From the IMG/VR virus record IMGVR_UViG_3300045988_090085, positions 1 through 55,970 of that record: DNA of 55,970 nt, one strand, 5' to 3'. The notes beneath the pieces were generated by a model. It did no database searches and had not been told where the DNA came from. It was given only the letters and a program-made list of their open reading frames with translations. Both the position numbers and the translations under genes were made by a program. Each line of letters begins with the position of its first letter. Position 1 is the stretch's first letter. Shown one piece after another: positions 14,656-25,344 of this stretch. This DNA comes from a virus.

Positions 14656-17600
14656 TATCCACCTCGTCTTTTCATAGTAGCCCTATCACCAAGTGACTGA
14701 TCAATGCCGCTTGTAAGCTGACCAACGAGTGCACCAGTATCCATAACGACCTGCATATTATCAAGTCTATCATTGATTGTGGTGAACTGTACGTTGACAT
14801 CGTTTCTAAGCTGCATGAGCTCGTTGACAGGATTAATTGTATCGAGTTTACCGCAAATATCAGTGTTCATCTGGTTAACTGCTCCGAGAAGAGCCGCATC
14901 GTTAGCATTAATATTTGCAGTGCTGTTGATAAGGGTATTGGGAACGGCCAGACCGCCAGCACCAAACATGGTATTCAACTGACCCATACCAAGCTGTACC
15001 TGAGAAAGGTCGAGTACAGGAGTGATAACGGGGCTGGTGTTAATTCCATTTTGAATTGCGGCGTTAAGCTTGCTTACGATGTTGTTCATCGTGTCAATGC
15101 TCGTCTGAGTGTTCACGTCGAGTATACCAAGATCAGTAGATACATAGTTGCCAATACCGTTTGCAAACTTGTTCAATTCGTCGGTAAAGCCTTCGATGAG
15201 ACCTCGAGCAAGATATCTACCAACTTCGTCACGCATTACGGTAGACGGAGAATGGATACCGAAGAGCTCCTTGAGACTATCAGTGATCTTAGCACCGCTC
15301 ATGTCGATAAGGCTAAGAGATGCCTCAGTCTCATCAGAGAATCCGTTAGCAAGACCGGCTGCGATGTTAACGCCAATGGTCTTAGCAGAATCAGGAAGAT
15401 CCTTGACAGTATCGAGAACATCCTGTACATATGCCTCAGTAGCAGACTGAAGCTGATCGCCGTAGAGAGTCTTAGCGAGTTCATTACCTGCGTTCTGGTA
15501 TTTCTCATAGTTATGAGCCAGAGCGGCAAGTTGTTCGTCAGTCTCGGACAAGAGGTAATTTGCAGTAGCAGTGCCCTTTTCGACGTCCATGCCCTCGAAG
15601 AGAGACATAAGTGCGTCAGAGCCACTTCTCTTCTGCAATTCTTTCAGCTTATCATTATATTCATTGATAGCTGTAGTGCCTTTACGTATCTTATCGGTGA
15701 ACCTAGCATCGACAATTGTATCGTCGCCCTTAGCGGATTCATTGGCTTCCTTATAGGCCGTGATTTCCTTCTCAAGAGACTTGATATTCCTTTCAAGTTG
15801 AATAACCTGGTTGGATTCCTCACCATATCTTGCAATGGCGGCATCCTTCTGATCGTTAAGCTCCTGAAGTCTTGTTTCCAAGGGTTCAAGGCCTTGCTCG
15901 TAAAGATCGTTCTTTGTAGTGAACGTCATTAGATCGGCCATATCTTTGTTTACATTACCCTTGAGCTTATCGATCTTGGACTGGATAGTCTTAATCGTAT
16001 TCTCAAAGTCTTTATTCAGGTTATCCATGTTCTTCTGAACATAGTCGGACATCTTATCCTGAGCATAGCCAATAAGACCGACCTGATCCTGGGTATACTT
16101 CTTGAGAAGCGTTGTGTACTTGGCATCATACTCACTTTGCGTAATACGGCCGTCCTTGTAATCTTCTATGATAGCGTCATATTCGGATTTAGCCGTTTGT
16201 AGCGTAGAGCTATATTCGACACCAAGATCTTTGTAGTATTTGGTTATATCGGACTGGGCGACGGAGAGATCGCCCGTGATCAAACCACTGAGATCACCAA
16301 CACCGAACATGCTAGCTATACTCGTGGTGTCCCCTGTTGTGAGAGCGGAGAAGAAATTAGTAGCAGTATCCTTGATACCATTCAACTTATCCTTGCCAGT
16401 ATTTACGAGGGTATCTAAGAAGTTTCCGGATTCCTTTTCAGTCTCGGCTGCAGCCTTAGCATTGCTGGCGTTTACTTCGGCGGTTGCCATTTCAGTTTCC
16501 TTCTTAGCGTCACGAGTTATCTTCCGAGTAGTCTTTGTATACTCATTGACTTCCTTCCGACGCTGTTTGAGAGATGCTTTCAGTTTCCGCTTGCCAGTTT
16601 TAGCACTATCCGATCCGCCAATGAGACTAACGGTTGTAAGCTGTTGGAATGTGCTTACAATATCTGCATATTTCTTTATGTCGGAGTCGCTTATACTACC
16701 AGCGTTTTTGATCATAGCCACCAGAGAGTCAACCATTGAGATGTGTCCGCTAAGTGTTCCACTATCGAGCGATGACATGGTGGTATAGAATCCGCTTGCA
16801 GCAAATGTTATTGAATTGAGGAGGGTCTTGAAATTCTTAATACCAGCTGACTTGTCATCGTTGAGGATACTGTCAGCGACATTTTGAATTATTTTAGTAA
16901 GCGTCTCAGCTGCGGTCTCTGTACTAGCAAGATTGGTAAGTTCCGCATCTGTAACACCAGATATATAGCCAAAAGAGGTACTAAGACCCTGAAGATTACC
17001 TTGCAGTATCGTCCAGTTTACGTTATCAGATGCAAGACCGATATCACGAATGGACGAAGCAAGATTTATGAGTTTGGATATAGAAGTCAGCGCCGAGTTA
17101 ACAGCACTGAAGTTCACGTTTCCGTCAGACAGAGTGCTTGCAAAAGTCATAAGAGACTCGGCGTATGCATTTAAACCATTGCCAAGTTTACTCCAATCAA
17201 CCTTTGTGTTACCCCAGAGCTTATCCCACCAAGAATCGTCCTCGGGAAGGGTCTCATAGAGGTCGATGAGCACAGCTGTACCATCAACGCCATTCTGCAT
17301 CTGAGTAGCATTGATGGATTTGGATTTGATCGAGAATGATTGGAGCGCAGTTGCATAGCTACTAAGTCCCGCCGAGAAGTTGGACCAACTCTTATCGCCG
17401 AACCATTCACCAAGTTTACCACCAGTTTCGGGTATTTCGTCGTTCACAGCGGCAAGTTTCTTAGTAGCATCAACGCCGTTCTCCAAGCCAGTAGCGTCAA
17501 TGTGTTTACAAGCTATCGAGAATACGACGAGTGTACGAGCGTACTGGGATAAACCATCCCGGAAATCATTCCATGTATTATCACCCACAATAGCAGCAAG

Positions 17601-20600
17601 GAAACCGCCGGTATTAGGTATACTTCCAGCTGCTTCAGCAAGTGAGTCAGTAGCATTTACGCCAGCTTCCATACCCGCTGAATCAATACCGGTACCCTGT
17701 TTACTAAATTCAACGAGAGCTTCGCCGTATGATTTTAAGCCAGTGCCGAACTTTGTAAGGTCACTGTTGCCATCTTTCGGACTGTCAGTAAGTGTCTGAA
17801 CCGCCCACAGATCGTTAACAATAAATCCAGCCATTTCAACAAGGGCTTCAGTTCCGGCCTTAGCTTTATTGAGACCACTTGTGTCGATAGATTTACACTG
17901 CTCTGCAAAGTCGTTAAGTACTGGAGTAAGCAACGCCATGGAAGATGAGAGTTTGACCATCATCTTCTTATTATCTTCGAGTTTGTCGATTTTAAACTTC
18001 CCACTAAAAAGAGTAGAAAGAGTTGTGATCAGACTATCTATTGCTTCGATTCTGTCTACAGACAGACTTGCACAACCATCAAGGAAGCCTTGGAGATTAT
18101 CCATGAATTCACTCAGGATATTTCCTATTTCAGGAAGACCTGAGATTGTAGCCACGACTGACTCAGCGAACAATTCCCCGAGACCGACGAAGAGTTTCTT
18201 GAGAGCATCGATTCCGGTATCAATCAAGGCACCGTCATCGCCGATTGCCTCCACTAGCATGCCCATCAACGTAACCACACCTGCTAAACCGGCAATAAGT
18301 GTGAGTAATCCACCTACACCAGCGAGGAGCGTTCCATAATTAAACATACCAGCTATACCGAGTATAACCATAGCCGCTGACAGCGCAAGGAGCATTGAGG
18401 ATATTCCTTGAATAGTGTCAAGTGATGTCTTAAGATCAAATTTTTTCTCTATTGCGGAGATAGCGATTATAAGTGTGCTTATAGCAGCCATGACGCCAGC
18501 CATCTCAATAAGAGCAACGGTCATAGTGCCCATTACGCCCTTCGTATTAGCCATTGCCTTCGAAACCAGACCAATAGCAGCGAATGAAGCAGCAAGAGCG
18601 GCCATGATTATTCCAAGTGCTGTAGCTGCCTTTATCATGGCGTCCTGATCGAAGAGACTAGACGACAAGATGCCCAAACCAACCGTCATACCAACAAGAA
18701 GTGTGGTTATGACTATAAGAGATTTGAATGCATTTTCAGCAAGTTTGGAAACTGCTATAAGGGCTGTCATAACAAGACCTATAGACTGAACTGCCTGTAT
18801 ACCTTGTTTAAGACCCTCTGGATTCATCAAACTGAACGCTGCAACAGCTGCTGTGAGAGCCACTACTGCACCAGAGAATGCGAGAAGCAATACACCAGCC
18901 TTATGAGATGCTTCACCAGCAAGTTTAGAAACTGCTATAAGGGCTATGGCGACAAAGCCAAATTCCCAAATAACGCCGATTCCCTTACTCGCTTCGGATG
19001 TCTTGATCGAACCAAGCATTCGTATACCGACAGCCAAAAGACCTAGGGATGCACTAAATGCGAGTATAGATACGCCTATTTTATTTGTATGACGACCTGC
19101 AAGTTTCGATACTGCAATCATGGCAGTAACGATGCCCGCAAATGTCACGACTATTGTCATGCCTTTTCCAACTTGAGTAGCGCTTGGGAGATTGTTAAAC
19201 GCTGCTGCTATTAACAGAAGCGAACCCGAGAATGCGAGCATCTGAACACCGAATGAGGCTATTTCTTTACCGGTTAGTGATTTTGCCATCAGAGCAAACA
19301 CGCCTATGAAAGACATCAATTCAAGTATGACAGCTGGATTAACAAACTTCACGCTGCTAAGTAATTTTAGTGCACCAGCAAGTACAACACACGAAGCAGC
19401 AATCGATATCATAAAACCAGCTGCTTTGTTTAGTTCTTTGGACACCGTTCCAGAATAATATATAACCGCTGCTATACCACCAAGCATTACACCTAATCCA
19501 GTTATAACATCGGTGGTACCCATCATATCCAGACTCTGGAATGTCTTAGCGAGCTTATCGCATGCGGTGGCTAACAGATTAACTGCTATACCTAATGCGA
19601 TTATAGTGAGCGTTGTGTTGTTGATTACTTTAGCTTCACCACTTACTTTAGTCAGTGCCACTGATAAAACACCAATTGAGCCCATGAGGACCACCATAGC
19701 ACCCAATAATCCAAGTGCTTTACCTATTTTGTCAGGATCTATTGAAGCGAGTAATGTAAGTGATAATGCTAATACACCAACTGCGGCTGCCATTTCAAGG
19801 GTTGCCTCTGCCTGGGTTTTGAACGCCTGTTGTTTAAGTACACCAGTAAACGCCTTTATAGTACCCTTTATGGATTTAAGTATGCCCTTAACCGGATCAA
19901 ATAATTCGACTGCCGATGATAATGCAGTTGATATCCTTTCGACCGTCTTAACAACAATAACAGCATTAGCAGCAGCAAATACAACGCCCCAGTTAAGCTG
20001 AGAGAACGTCTTCTTTATGGCGTCAACTATCATGGATGCTTCCGATAAGAAACTATCGAGAGGCCCTCTTACCTTAGCTAAGCTGCTTTGAAGCGAACCG
20101 ATAAGATTTGTCTTGAGATACGTTCCGAAGTCTGTAAAGTCGACTTCCATTTTGAATAATTCGTCGACCACCATCTCTCGAAACGATGCAAACAGTTTGG
20201 GAAGGTCGCTAATGTCTATATGGCCTAACGATTTCACGTACTGTATAAAATTCTTGATAAGAGTAATGGCGTTGCCGAAATGCTCATTCATGAACTTTCC
20301 GACATTCTTTGCACCAGCCTGAATTTTAGCGAATACAGTCTGTGCTACCTCAGTTTCCATTATCTTATCCTTGAATTCACCGAGATATGTCCATGCATTA
20401 GCAATCGCATCACGTATCTTCTCAAGAGATGATTGGATAACATTATGCTCTTTCATCCACTTACGGAATGCTACGATGTTGTCACCAATGGAGGCAGTAA
20501 ATCCAAGTATATTACCAGCATCGACATCAACTACTTTACCGAGTTCTTGTAATGCAAACTTAAGAACTCCACCTGCAATATCACCAACAATGCCGAAGAG

Positions 20601-22586
20601 CGAGAAGAGTCCCGAAAATGTACGCATAAGTTCGTTTGAGTAGTAACCCACCTTAGCAAATGCCGCCGTGAGTTTGTTCAATGTGGTAAGAAATGTCTTT
20701 ATGGGTTTAGCACCAGTATTGAAAGTTTGTTTGAACGCAATCTTTACAGATTTAGCAATAGCGAGTATGCCGGTTAAAGTGTTCTTGATACTCTCGATAA
20801 GGAGTTGACGTCCGCTCTTTTCGGACATATTTTGAATCATCTCATTGAGCGTTGTGCCACTCGTACGAGCTTCTTCAGCTAATGCTTTATAAGCCTGAAT
20901 CTGATCATCCGTGAGACCTAGATTCTTGAGCTGTGCATTAGACAGTTCATCATAATTTATTTTCTCACCAGCAATGGTTCTGTTAACTAAATCTTGAACG
21001 ACACTGTATTCATATCCAGCGTCTGTCAGTGATTTAACTCGAGCGGAACCATCGCCGTATACACCCTGAATAACGGCGTTAACAACTGACTGATAAGATG
21101 CTATCTTCTGAGCCGCCGCTGCAGCCTCGGTTCCTGTACCGTCGAGCTTACCTGCAAAACCGTCAAGTGTATTGAGAAGACGATCATCAGTAAGCCATCC
21201 ACGCTGAAGTGTTGCTTCAAACGAGCCATCGATCTCTATCCACTTATCAATCGCAAGACCACTCTTACGAGCATCATCTACGAGTTTCTGACGGAATGTA
21301 TCAACTGAAAGTCCCGCATCCTGAAGAGTAGAACTGAACTTACTCCAGTTCGATGTCATGGCATCATTAACGATAGCATTTCGAGCATCACTGGCATCGT
21401 TGATTACTCCACTAAGCATATCCGATATATCGGTGAAGAATCCCTTAGCCTCTTCGAAATCGCCAACAATTAGCTGCCACGTCATGGTCCAACCAGAACC
21501 TACTGCTTCAGTAAGAGTGTCTATGAGCTGAGTAAATGTCTTAACCTTGGTTGCGGCATTCTCCGCTGTGGTTGACATATTAAGAAGCTGATAAGCCTGA
21601 TCTTCGCTTATCTTGCCTGATTTAGCAAGTTCCGCCGCCATTTTATGATATTGCTCGGTTACATCAGAAGAGGCGAGTGCGTTTTTACGCATTGCTTCCA
21701 CTGTTTGTAAACTTGTACCAGTAACCTTTGCAAGATATTCGTTAACGCCAGAAGTAGTAAACTTAGAAAGGGTCTCTGTAAGAATTTCAGAAGTTATCCA
21801 GCCTTCCTTAAGAGACTCTCTAAACGAGCCAGCTTTCTCGATTATCTCGTCGACTGCTACGCCGTATGTTTTAGCAGTATCTTTTAAAGCATTTTGAAAT
21901 ACTTCACCACCCATGCCGGCATTAACGACCGAGTTCCAGTCCTGAAGCTTCAGTGCGCCTGCCGCAAGGGCCTGAGAAAGCTGATACATTGCTGTGGAAG
22001 CCTGCTGAGATGTCGAACCCGATACGGCTGCCAGGTTAGCGATACCCTGAATAGCCCGTGTTGAAGTTTCAAGATCGATACCAGCTGCGGTAAACGTACC
22101 GATGTTACGAGTCATCTCGGTGAAGTTATAAATAGTCAAGTCAGCATATTTGTTCAGCTCATTTAAGGACTTGTTAACGTCATCCAGTGTGGATCCCTTA
22201 GACGAAGTATTAGCCAAAATTGTCTGAATAGCGCCCATCTGGGTTTCGTACTCTTCGAAGCCTGCTGTAATAGGAGCTACAGTAAACATCTCAGCATACT
22301 TTTTGCCAGTATCGACAATTTTATTAGCAATACGGTCCATCACATTGTCAACGGTCCTGTATAGTAAATTAAAAGACTCTCGAACAGTTGCAACAGAATT
22401 CTCAAGCGGCTTAAGTGTTATTGATTCAATTGCACTCGTTAGAACGCTAATCGATTTTGCACTATCTTTGAAATCTAAATCTGACTTAAACTGATTAAGT
22501 GATTGCTGTGATTTCTTTATGTTCTTTTCGAACTTAGAATTATCAAACGAAAGTTCGACGACTTTGCGGTCGACTTCTGTACTCAT
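14655..22586 (-). CDS. Tail tape measure protein (2643 aa)
   Basis: Giant ORF between the chaperone genes and Dit; coiled-coil ends, ~585-aa hydrophobic core, internal tandem repeats. Confidence 0.9.
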   Translation of the reverse strand: MSTEVDRKVVELSFDNSKFEKNIKKSQQSLNQFKSDLDFKDSAKSISVLTSAIESITLKPLENSVATVRESFNLLYRTVDNVMDRIANKIVDTGKKYAEMFTVAPITAGFEEYETQMGAIQTILANTSSKGSTLDDVNKSLNELNKYADLTIYNFTEMTRNIGTFTAAGIDLETSTRAIQGIANLAAVSGSTSQQASTAMYQLSQALAAGALKLQDWNSVVNAGMGGEVFQNALKDTAKTYGVAVDEIIEKAGSFRESLKEGWITSEILTETLSKFTTSGVNEYLAKVTGTSLQTVEAMRKNALASSDVTEQYHKMAAELAKSGKISEDQAYQLLNMSTTAENAATKVKTFTQLIDTLTEAVGSGWTMTWQLIVGDFEEAKGFFTDISDMLSGVINDASDARNAIVNDAMTSNWSKFSSTLQDAGLSVDTFRQKLVDDARKSGLAIDKWIEIDGSFEATLQRGWLTDDRLLNTLDGFAGKLDGTGTEAAAAAQKIASYQSVVNAVIQGVYGDGSARVKSLTDAGYEYSVVQDLVNRTIAGEKINYDELSNAQLKNLGLTDDQIQAYKALAEEARTSGTTLNEMIQNMSEKSGRQLLIESIKNTLTGILAIAKSVKIAFKQTFNTGAKPIKTFLTTLNKLTAAFAKVGYYSNELMRTFSGLFSLFGIVGDIAGGVLKFALQELGKVVDVDAGNILGFTASIGDNIVAFRKWMKEHNVIQSSLEKIRDAIANAWTYLGEFKDKIMETEVAQTVFAKIQAGAKNVGKFMNEHFGNAITLIKNFIQYVKSLGHIDISDLPKLFASFREMVVDELFKMEVDFTDFGTYLKTNLIGSLQSSLAKVRGPLDSFLSEASMIVDAIKKTFSQLNWGVVFAAANAVIVVKTVERISTALSSAVELFDPVKGILKSIKGTIKAFTGVLKQQAFKTQAEATLEMAAAVGVLALSLTLLASIDPDKIGKALGLLGAMVVLMGSIGVLSVALTKVSGEAKVINNTTLTIIALGIAVNLLATACDKLAKTFQSLDMMGTTDVITGLGVMLGGIAAVIYYSGTVSKELNKAAGFMISIAASCVVLAGALKLLSSVKFVNPAVILELMSFIGVFALMAKSLTGKEIASFGVQMLAFSGSLLLIAAAFNNLPSATQVGKGMTIVVTFAGIVTAMIAVSKLAGRHTNKIGVSILAFSASLGLLAVGIRMLGSIKTSEASKGIGVIWEFGFVAIALIAVSKLAGEASHKAGVLLLAFSGAVVALTAAVAAFSLMNPEGLKQGIQAVQSIGLVMTALIAVSKLAENAFKSLIVITTLLVGMTVGLGILSSSLFDQDAMIKAATALGIIMAALAASFAAIGLVSKAMANTKGVMGTMTVALIEMAGVMAAISTLIIAISAIEKKFDLKTSLDTIQGISSMLLALSAAMVILGIAGMFNYGTLLAGVGGLLTLIAGLAGVVTLMGMLVEAIGDDGALIDTGIDALKKLFVGLGELFAESVVATISGLPEIGNILSEFMDNLQGFLDGCASLSVDRIEAIDSLITTLSTLFSGKFKIDKLEDNKKMMVKLSSSMALLTPVLNDFAEQCKSIDTSGLNKAKAGTEALVEMAGFIVNDLWAVQTLTDSPKDGNSDLTKFGTGLKSYGEALVEFSKQGTGIDSAGMEAGVNATDSLAEAAGSIPNTGGFLAAIVGDNTWNDFRDGLSQYARTLVVFSIACKHIDATGLENGVDATKKLAAVNDEIPETGGKLGEWFGDKSWSNFSAGLSSYATALQSFSIKSKSINATQMQNGVDGTAVLIDLYETLPEDDSWWDKLWGNTKVDWSKLGNGLNAYAESLMTFASTLSDGNVNFSAVNSALTSISKLINLASSIRDIGLASDNVNWTILQGNLQGLSTSFGYISGVTDAELTNLASTETAAETLTKIIQNVADSILNDDKSAGIKNFKTLLNSITFAASGFYTTMSSLDSGTLSGHISMVDSLVAMIKNAGSISDSDIKKYADIVSTFQQLTTVSLIGGSDSAKTGKRKLKASLKQRRKEVNEYTKTTRKITRDAKKETEMATAEVNASNAKAAAETEKESGNFLDTLVNTGKDKLNGIKDTATNFFSALTTGDTTSIASMFGVGDLSGLITGDLSVAQSDITKYYKDLGVEYSSTLQTAKSEYDAIIEDYKDGRITQSEYDAKYTTLLKKYTQDQVGLIGYAQDKMSDYVQKNMDNLNKDFENTIKTIQSKIDKLKGNVNKDMADLMTFTTKNDLYEQGLEPLETRLQELNDQKDAAIARYGEESNQVIQLERNIKSLEKEITAYKEANESAKGDDTIVDARFTDKIRKGTTAINEYNDKLKELQKRSGSDALMSLFEGMDVEKGTATANYLLSETDEQLAALAHNYEKYQNAGNELAKTLYGDQLQSATEAYVQDVLDTVKDLPDSAKTIGVNIAAGLANGFSDETEASLSLIDMSGAKITDSLKELFGIHSPSTVMRDEVGRYLARGLIEGFTDELNKFANGIGNYVSTDLGILDVNTQTSIDTMNNIVSKLNAAIQNGINTSPVITPVLDLSQVQLGMGQLNTMFGAGGLAVPNTLINSTANINANDAALLGAVNQMNTDICGKLDTINPVNELMQLRNDVNVQFTTINDRLDNMQVVMDTGALVGQLTSGIDQSLGDRATMKRRGG
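17045..17756 (-). repeat. Four tandem ~62-aa repeats inside the tape measure (F..GL..Y...L..F ... GV ... IP.TGG ... W)
   Basis: Read from the translation: FGTGLKSYGEALVEF / FRDGLSQYARTLVVF / FSAGLSSYATALQSF / LGNGLNAYAESLMTF. Confidence 0.8.
18738..19124 (-). repeat. Three tandem 180-nt (60-aa) hydrophobic repeats inside the tape measure (..ALIAVSKLAG..)
   Basis: Plus-strand GCAAGTTT(G/A/C)GA(A/T)ACTGC(T/A)AT recurs at 18740, 18920 and 19100, exactly 180 nt apart. Confidence 0.8.
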
Positions 22587-22960
22587 CTACTTATAACCTC
22601 CTTCCACATATTATTTGCCAGCTCCTCAAATAAAGGCCGAATAGAGGGATTGATGTAATCGATTCCTTCTACCCATCCCCCGTCACGAGTTGCATGGCCA
22701 GTTTGCAATATTATTGCTATAGGTACACCATTGTGTACGTTTGAGTTGTAGAACGATAACGAGACGGAATTGCGGGTTCGCTCAATGGTATAATACCACG
22801 AATTTGCCGTCATACCAGTGTCTACTGGTGTAGCCGCCCGAAGAGCTTCCACGCCTTTCCGTCCGTATTCGTCAAGTTTGCTTATATACAGGCCCTCTTT
22901 AGCCCGCTCGAAAAAGTTATCAAGGTGTTTGAAGTTTCCGTGTCCTATCAACTGAATCAT
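22583..22960 (-). CDS. HK97 gp10-like tail-completion / head-tail joining protein
   Basis: ..ALRAATPVDTGMTANSWYY.. matches the gp10-family TPvDTG pattern (recalled); ATGA overlap with the TMP start. Confidence 0.55.
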   Translation of the reverse strand: MIQLIGHGNFKHLDNFFERAKEGLYISKLDEYGRKGVEALRAATPVDTGMTANSWYYTIERTRNSVSLSFYNSNVHNGVPIAIILQTGHATRDGGWVEGIDYINPSIRPLFEELANNMWKEVISR

Positions 22961-22979
22961 ACGGGTTGGACCTCCTTAT

Positions 22980-23525
22980 TTATCCTTTTGTGTGCATTTT
23001 AGCACGACGTTCAGCATTGAGTCGCGCGTTTCGCTCCCATATCTCACGATTACTCATTTTCTTAGGAGGTGAGTTCTTTAAACCGCATACCTCTATCAAA
23101 GTCATAAGGCGATTTATATGCCAATACTGACACTCGAAAGGTATGTTAGCAGAAATCATCCACTGATAAATCTCTTCATTAGTAATGATTTTCTTCTTAT
23201 TGGTTTCTTTCGTATTTGCTGGGAGTATAGTTGCAGTAGCAGGGTCATCCATGTATTTATTTATGGTATCAATGTCTTTGCTGGTTAAGCGAGCATATAC
23301 CTCGTCGCTAAACGGGCCGTTAAGTGTCATAAATCTAATGTAATCATACATTTCAGTAGTAGACTTATCACGAGTCGCTATGAATGATTTATGATACTTC
23401 TGTTCCCATTTTGAAATTGAGACGAGGGAGTGCTCGAGCTGCATGACCACTTCGGGGCATTCTATGAATTCGTTAGTTGTTTCGTTGAAACACGCTCCGA
23501 GATTGGGCAATTTTAGTTCTAACAT
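22980..23525 (-). CDS. Tail assembly chaperone, second (gpT-position) protein
   Basis: 181 aa between the first chaperone and TMP; own ATG overlapping the upstream stop (TAATG). Confidence 0.55.
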   Translation of the reverse strand: MLELKLPNLGACFNETTNEFIECPEVVMQLEHSLVSISKWEQKYHKSFIATRDKSTTEMYDYIRFMTLNGPFSDEVYARLTSKDIDTINKYMDDPATATILPANTKETNKKKIITNEEIYQWMISANIPFECQYWHINRLMTLIEVCGLKNSPPKKMSNREIWERNARLNAERRAKMHTKG

Positions 23526-23944
23526 TACTTGACCATCTCGATGGTCTTCTTAGCAGTGTTAGCATCGACATTAGGCATCTTAGGCATGATGCCTGCAACA
23601 AACTTAGCAGCGGCGTCAGCATCAGTAGCGAGCTTCATATAAAGTTCAGAGAATGCGGCAGATGCTTCGAAATTCCTGCACAGAGGTCTACCCTCGTCAT
23701 CAGTCTTTCTGAAGTATTTACCGTCAGCAGACTTTTCGCCATACGCTCTGAGGATGAGTCCCTTGAATATGGTGACAATGTTCTTGTTATCTTTGGTCTT
23801 GATAATCTCTTCGATCATCTTAGAAAGACCGCCCTCGACATCGAGTTCCATTGCCATGAGTTCAGGCTGTGTAATATGGAACCAGAAGTCCTCAGTACGG
23901 GTAACACCATTGTAATCTTCGTAAGTAATAGGCATGTTAATCAT
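23525..23944 (-). CDS. Tail assembly chaperone (gpG-position)
   Basis: 139 aa acidic protein directly after the major tail gene; position plus recalled family pattern. Confidence 0.6.
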   Translation of the reverse strand: MINMPITYEDYNGVTRTEDFWFHITQPELMAMELDVEGGLSKMIEEIIKTKDNKNIVTIFKGLILRAYGEKSADGKYFRKTDDEGRPLCRNFEASAAFSELYMKLATDADAAAKFVAGIMPKMPNVDANTAKKTIEMVK

Positions 23945-23987
23945 TAGAATTTCTCCTTTACGTAATTTATAGTCATTTTGAATTTAA

Positions 23988-24028
23988 AGAGTCTTGGAGG
24001 GCCAACTTAATGACCCTCACGTGACTCT
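23988..24028 (-). terminator. Hairpin after major tail gene
   Basis: Plus AGAGTC..GAGGG-N12-CCCTC..GACTCT (outer 6 bp + inner 5 bp); minus strand continues TTTAAATTC. Confidence 0.5.
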
Positions 24029-24039
24029 GATCGATTATA

Positions 24040-24699
24040 TTAACCAGCGTTAGTTGCGATAATCTGAAGAATCTCAGCAGGTGTAGGCAGGGTAGCTCCG
24101 TCAGTTTCATCGCCGTAGAGCTTCTTCTCGATTGCGTCAAGGATAGCCTTCTTTGTCTTGGTGCTGTCGATGATGATGCAAGAAGTAGGCTTATGACCCT
24201 CGACAGGTACGGGTGTGGTTGTAACTTCCCAAGAGAATGTTACTGCATCAGGGGAGTCGTTGATAGTGGAATAGGACTTCTCGGAAGGAGTAGCCTTAGC
24301 ACCGTAAACGATATGCAGCTTGTAGCCATATGCGTTACCCTGGGTATCGTTACCGAGAGTGGTTCTGTAGCAGAAGCCAAAAGACTTTCTGTCCTGCTGA
24401 CCGATAGTAATGCCTTCGGTGAGTGATGCGGAACCATCACACTCTGCAAACTCGTCGGGATATGTGTAAGCTTCGATTGTAGCGCCGAACTCCTCGAGAG
24501 AAGTAAGATCAAGATACTTGATGTCATCCGCATAAAGCTTTGTGGATTCTGCACCAGATGGTGACTCGGTAACAGCAGTAAGACCATTCCAAGCAACACC
24601 AGCGCCGTAGCCAGATTCGGTCATGGGGTAAAGAACACCCATCTTCGTACCGGTTTCGTAAAGCTTCTTGCCTTCAGTATCCCAGGTAAGTCTAGCCAT
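24040..24699 (-). CDS. Major tail (tube) protein
   Basis: 219 aa; ..GVAWNGLTAVTESPSGAE..YADDIKY..IEAYTYPDEF..CDG pattern typical of siphovirus tail tube proteins; position. Confidence 0.8.
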   Translation of the reverse strand: MARLTWDTEGKKLYETGTKMGVLYPMTESGYGAGVAWNGLTAVTESPSGAESTKLYADDIKYLDLTSLEEFGATIEAYTYPDEFAECDGSASLTEGITIGQQDRKSFGFCYRTTLGNDTQGNAYGYKLHIVYGAKATPSEKSYSTINDSPDAVTFSWEVTTTPVPVEGHKPTSCIIIDSTKTKKAILDAIEKKLYGDETDGATLPTPAEILQIIATNAG

Positions 24700-24713
24700 G
24701 AAAAATTCCTCCT

Positions 24714-25019
24714 TTAATAATAAATTGTGAATACATCGTGATTCAATCCGTCCGCGGTATAATGTCGCTGATAGTGTGAGGACGGAATCTTTGACACTCT
24801 ATCAACTACTACACTATCAGGATTTTTGTCTATGACAATAACTTCATAAGAATGATTTTGAGCATAGACATTATCATTCGCGAAAGTGTTTTCTATATTC
24901 AACCTTGAGTAACGAATGGCGGGGTATTTCATTCGTACCGATGATGGAGCCTGATAGTAGACATTTTTACTACCGAGGCACTCTTCAAGCAATTTCTGAA
25001 AACCTAATCTATCAGCCAT
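24714..25019 (-). CDS. Head-tail joining / tail terminator-position protein (101 aa)
   Basis: ORF track frame trimmed to ATG after GGAGGGG; position between capsid and tail tube. Confidence 0.5.
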   Translation of the reverse strand: MADRLGFQKLLEECLGSKNVYYQAPSSVRMKYPAIRYSRLNIENTFANDNVYAQNHSYEVIVIDKNPDSVVVDRVSKIPSSHYQRHYTADGLNHDVFTIYY

Positions 25020-25332
25020 TATATACCCCTCCAATCGTGATGTTGAGACGAGGAGGCGCAACATCAACGTCCGTGACGCACCACTTAGCTCCTCTAAACT
25101 CAACGTACCTCATGAGGTGAATATGATCGATGAGATACGGGTCCGCAACAACGCTAATCTCATTGGACACGTTGACATCTGGATTGACACGGTCGGCGGT
25201 AGCATTTGACCAGAAATGCCGCAGAAGATCGCCACTATAGTGTCTCTCCTCGATATCTTCAACATAGACGCCAGAATCTTCCGATTCCAAACGTTGTGTT
25301 GCGAACCCGATTATTCCATGAAATTTAGCCAT
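25012..25332 (-). CDS. Head-tail joining-position protein (106 aa)
   Basis: ORF track; position immediately after the capsid gene. Confidence 0.5.
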   Translation of the reverse strand: MAKFHGIIGFATQRLESEDSGVYVEDIEERHYSGDLLRHFWSNATADRVNPDVNVSNEISVVADPYLIDHIHLMRYVEFRGAKWCVTDVDVAPPRLNITIGGVYNG

Positions 25333-25344
25333 TTTGAATTAGCC

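Noticed and set aside
22980-23944. Programmed -1 frameshift joining the two tail chaperone ORFs (gpG/gpGT paradigm)
   Set aside because: I see no slippery heptamer near the end of 23525..23944. The second ORF has its own ATG overlapping the stop (TAATG). A frameshift cannot be excluded, but it is not supported by the sequence.
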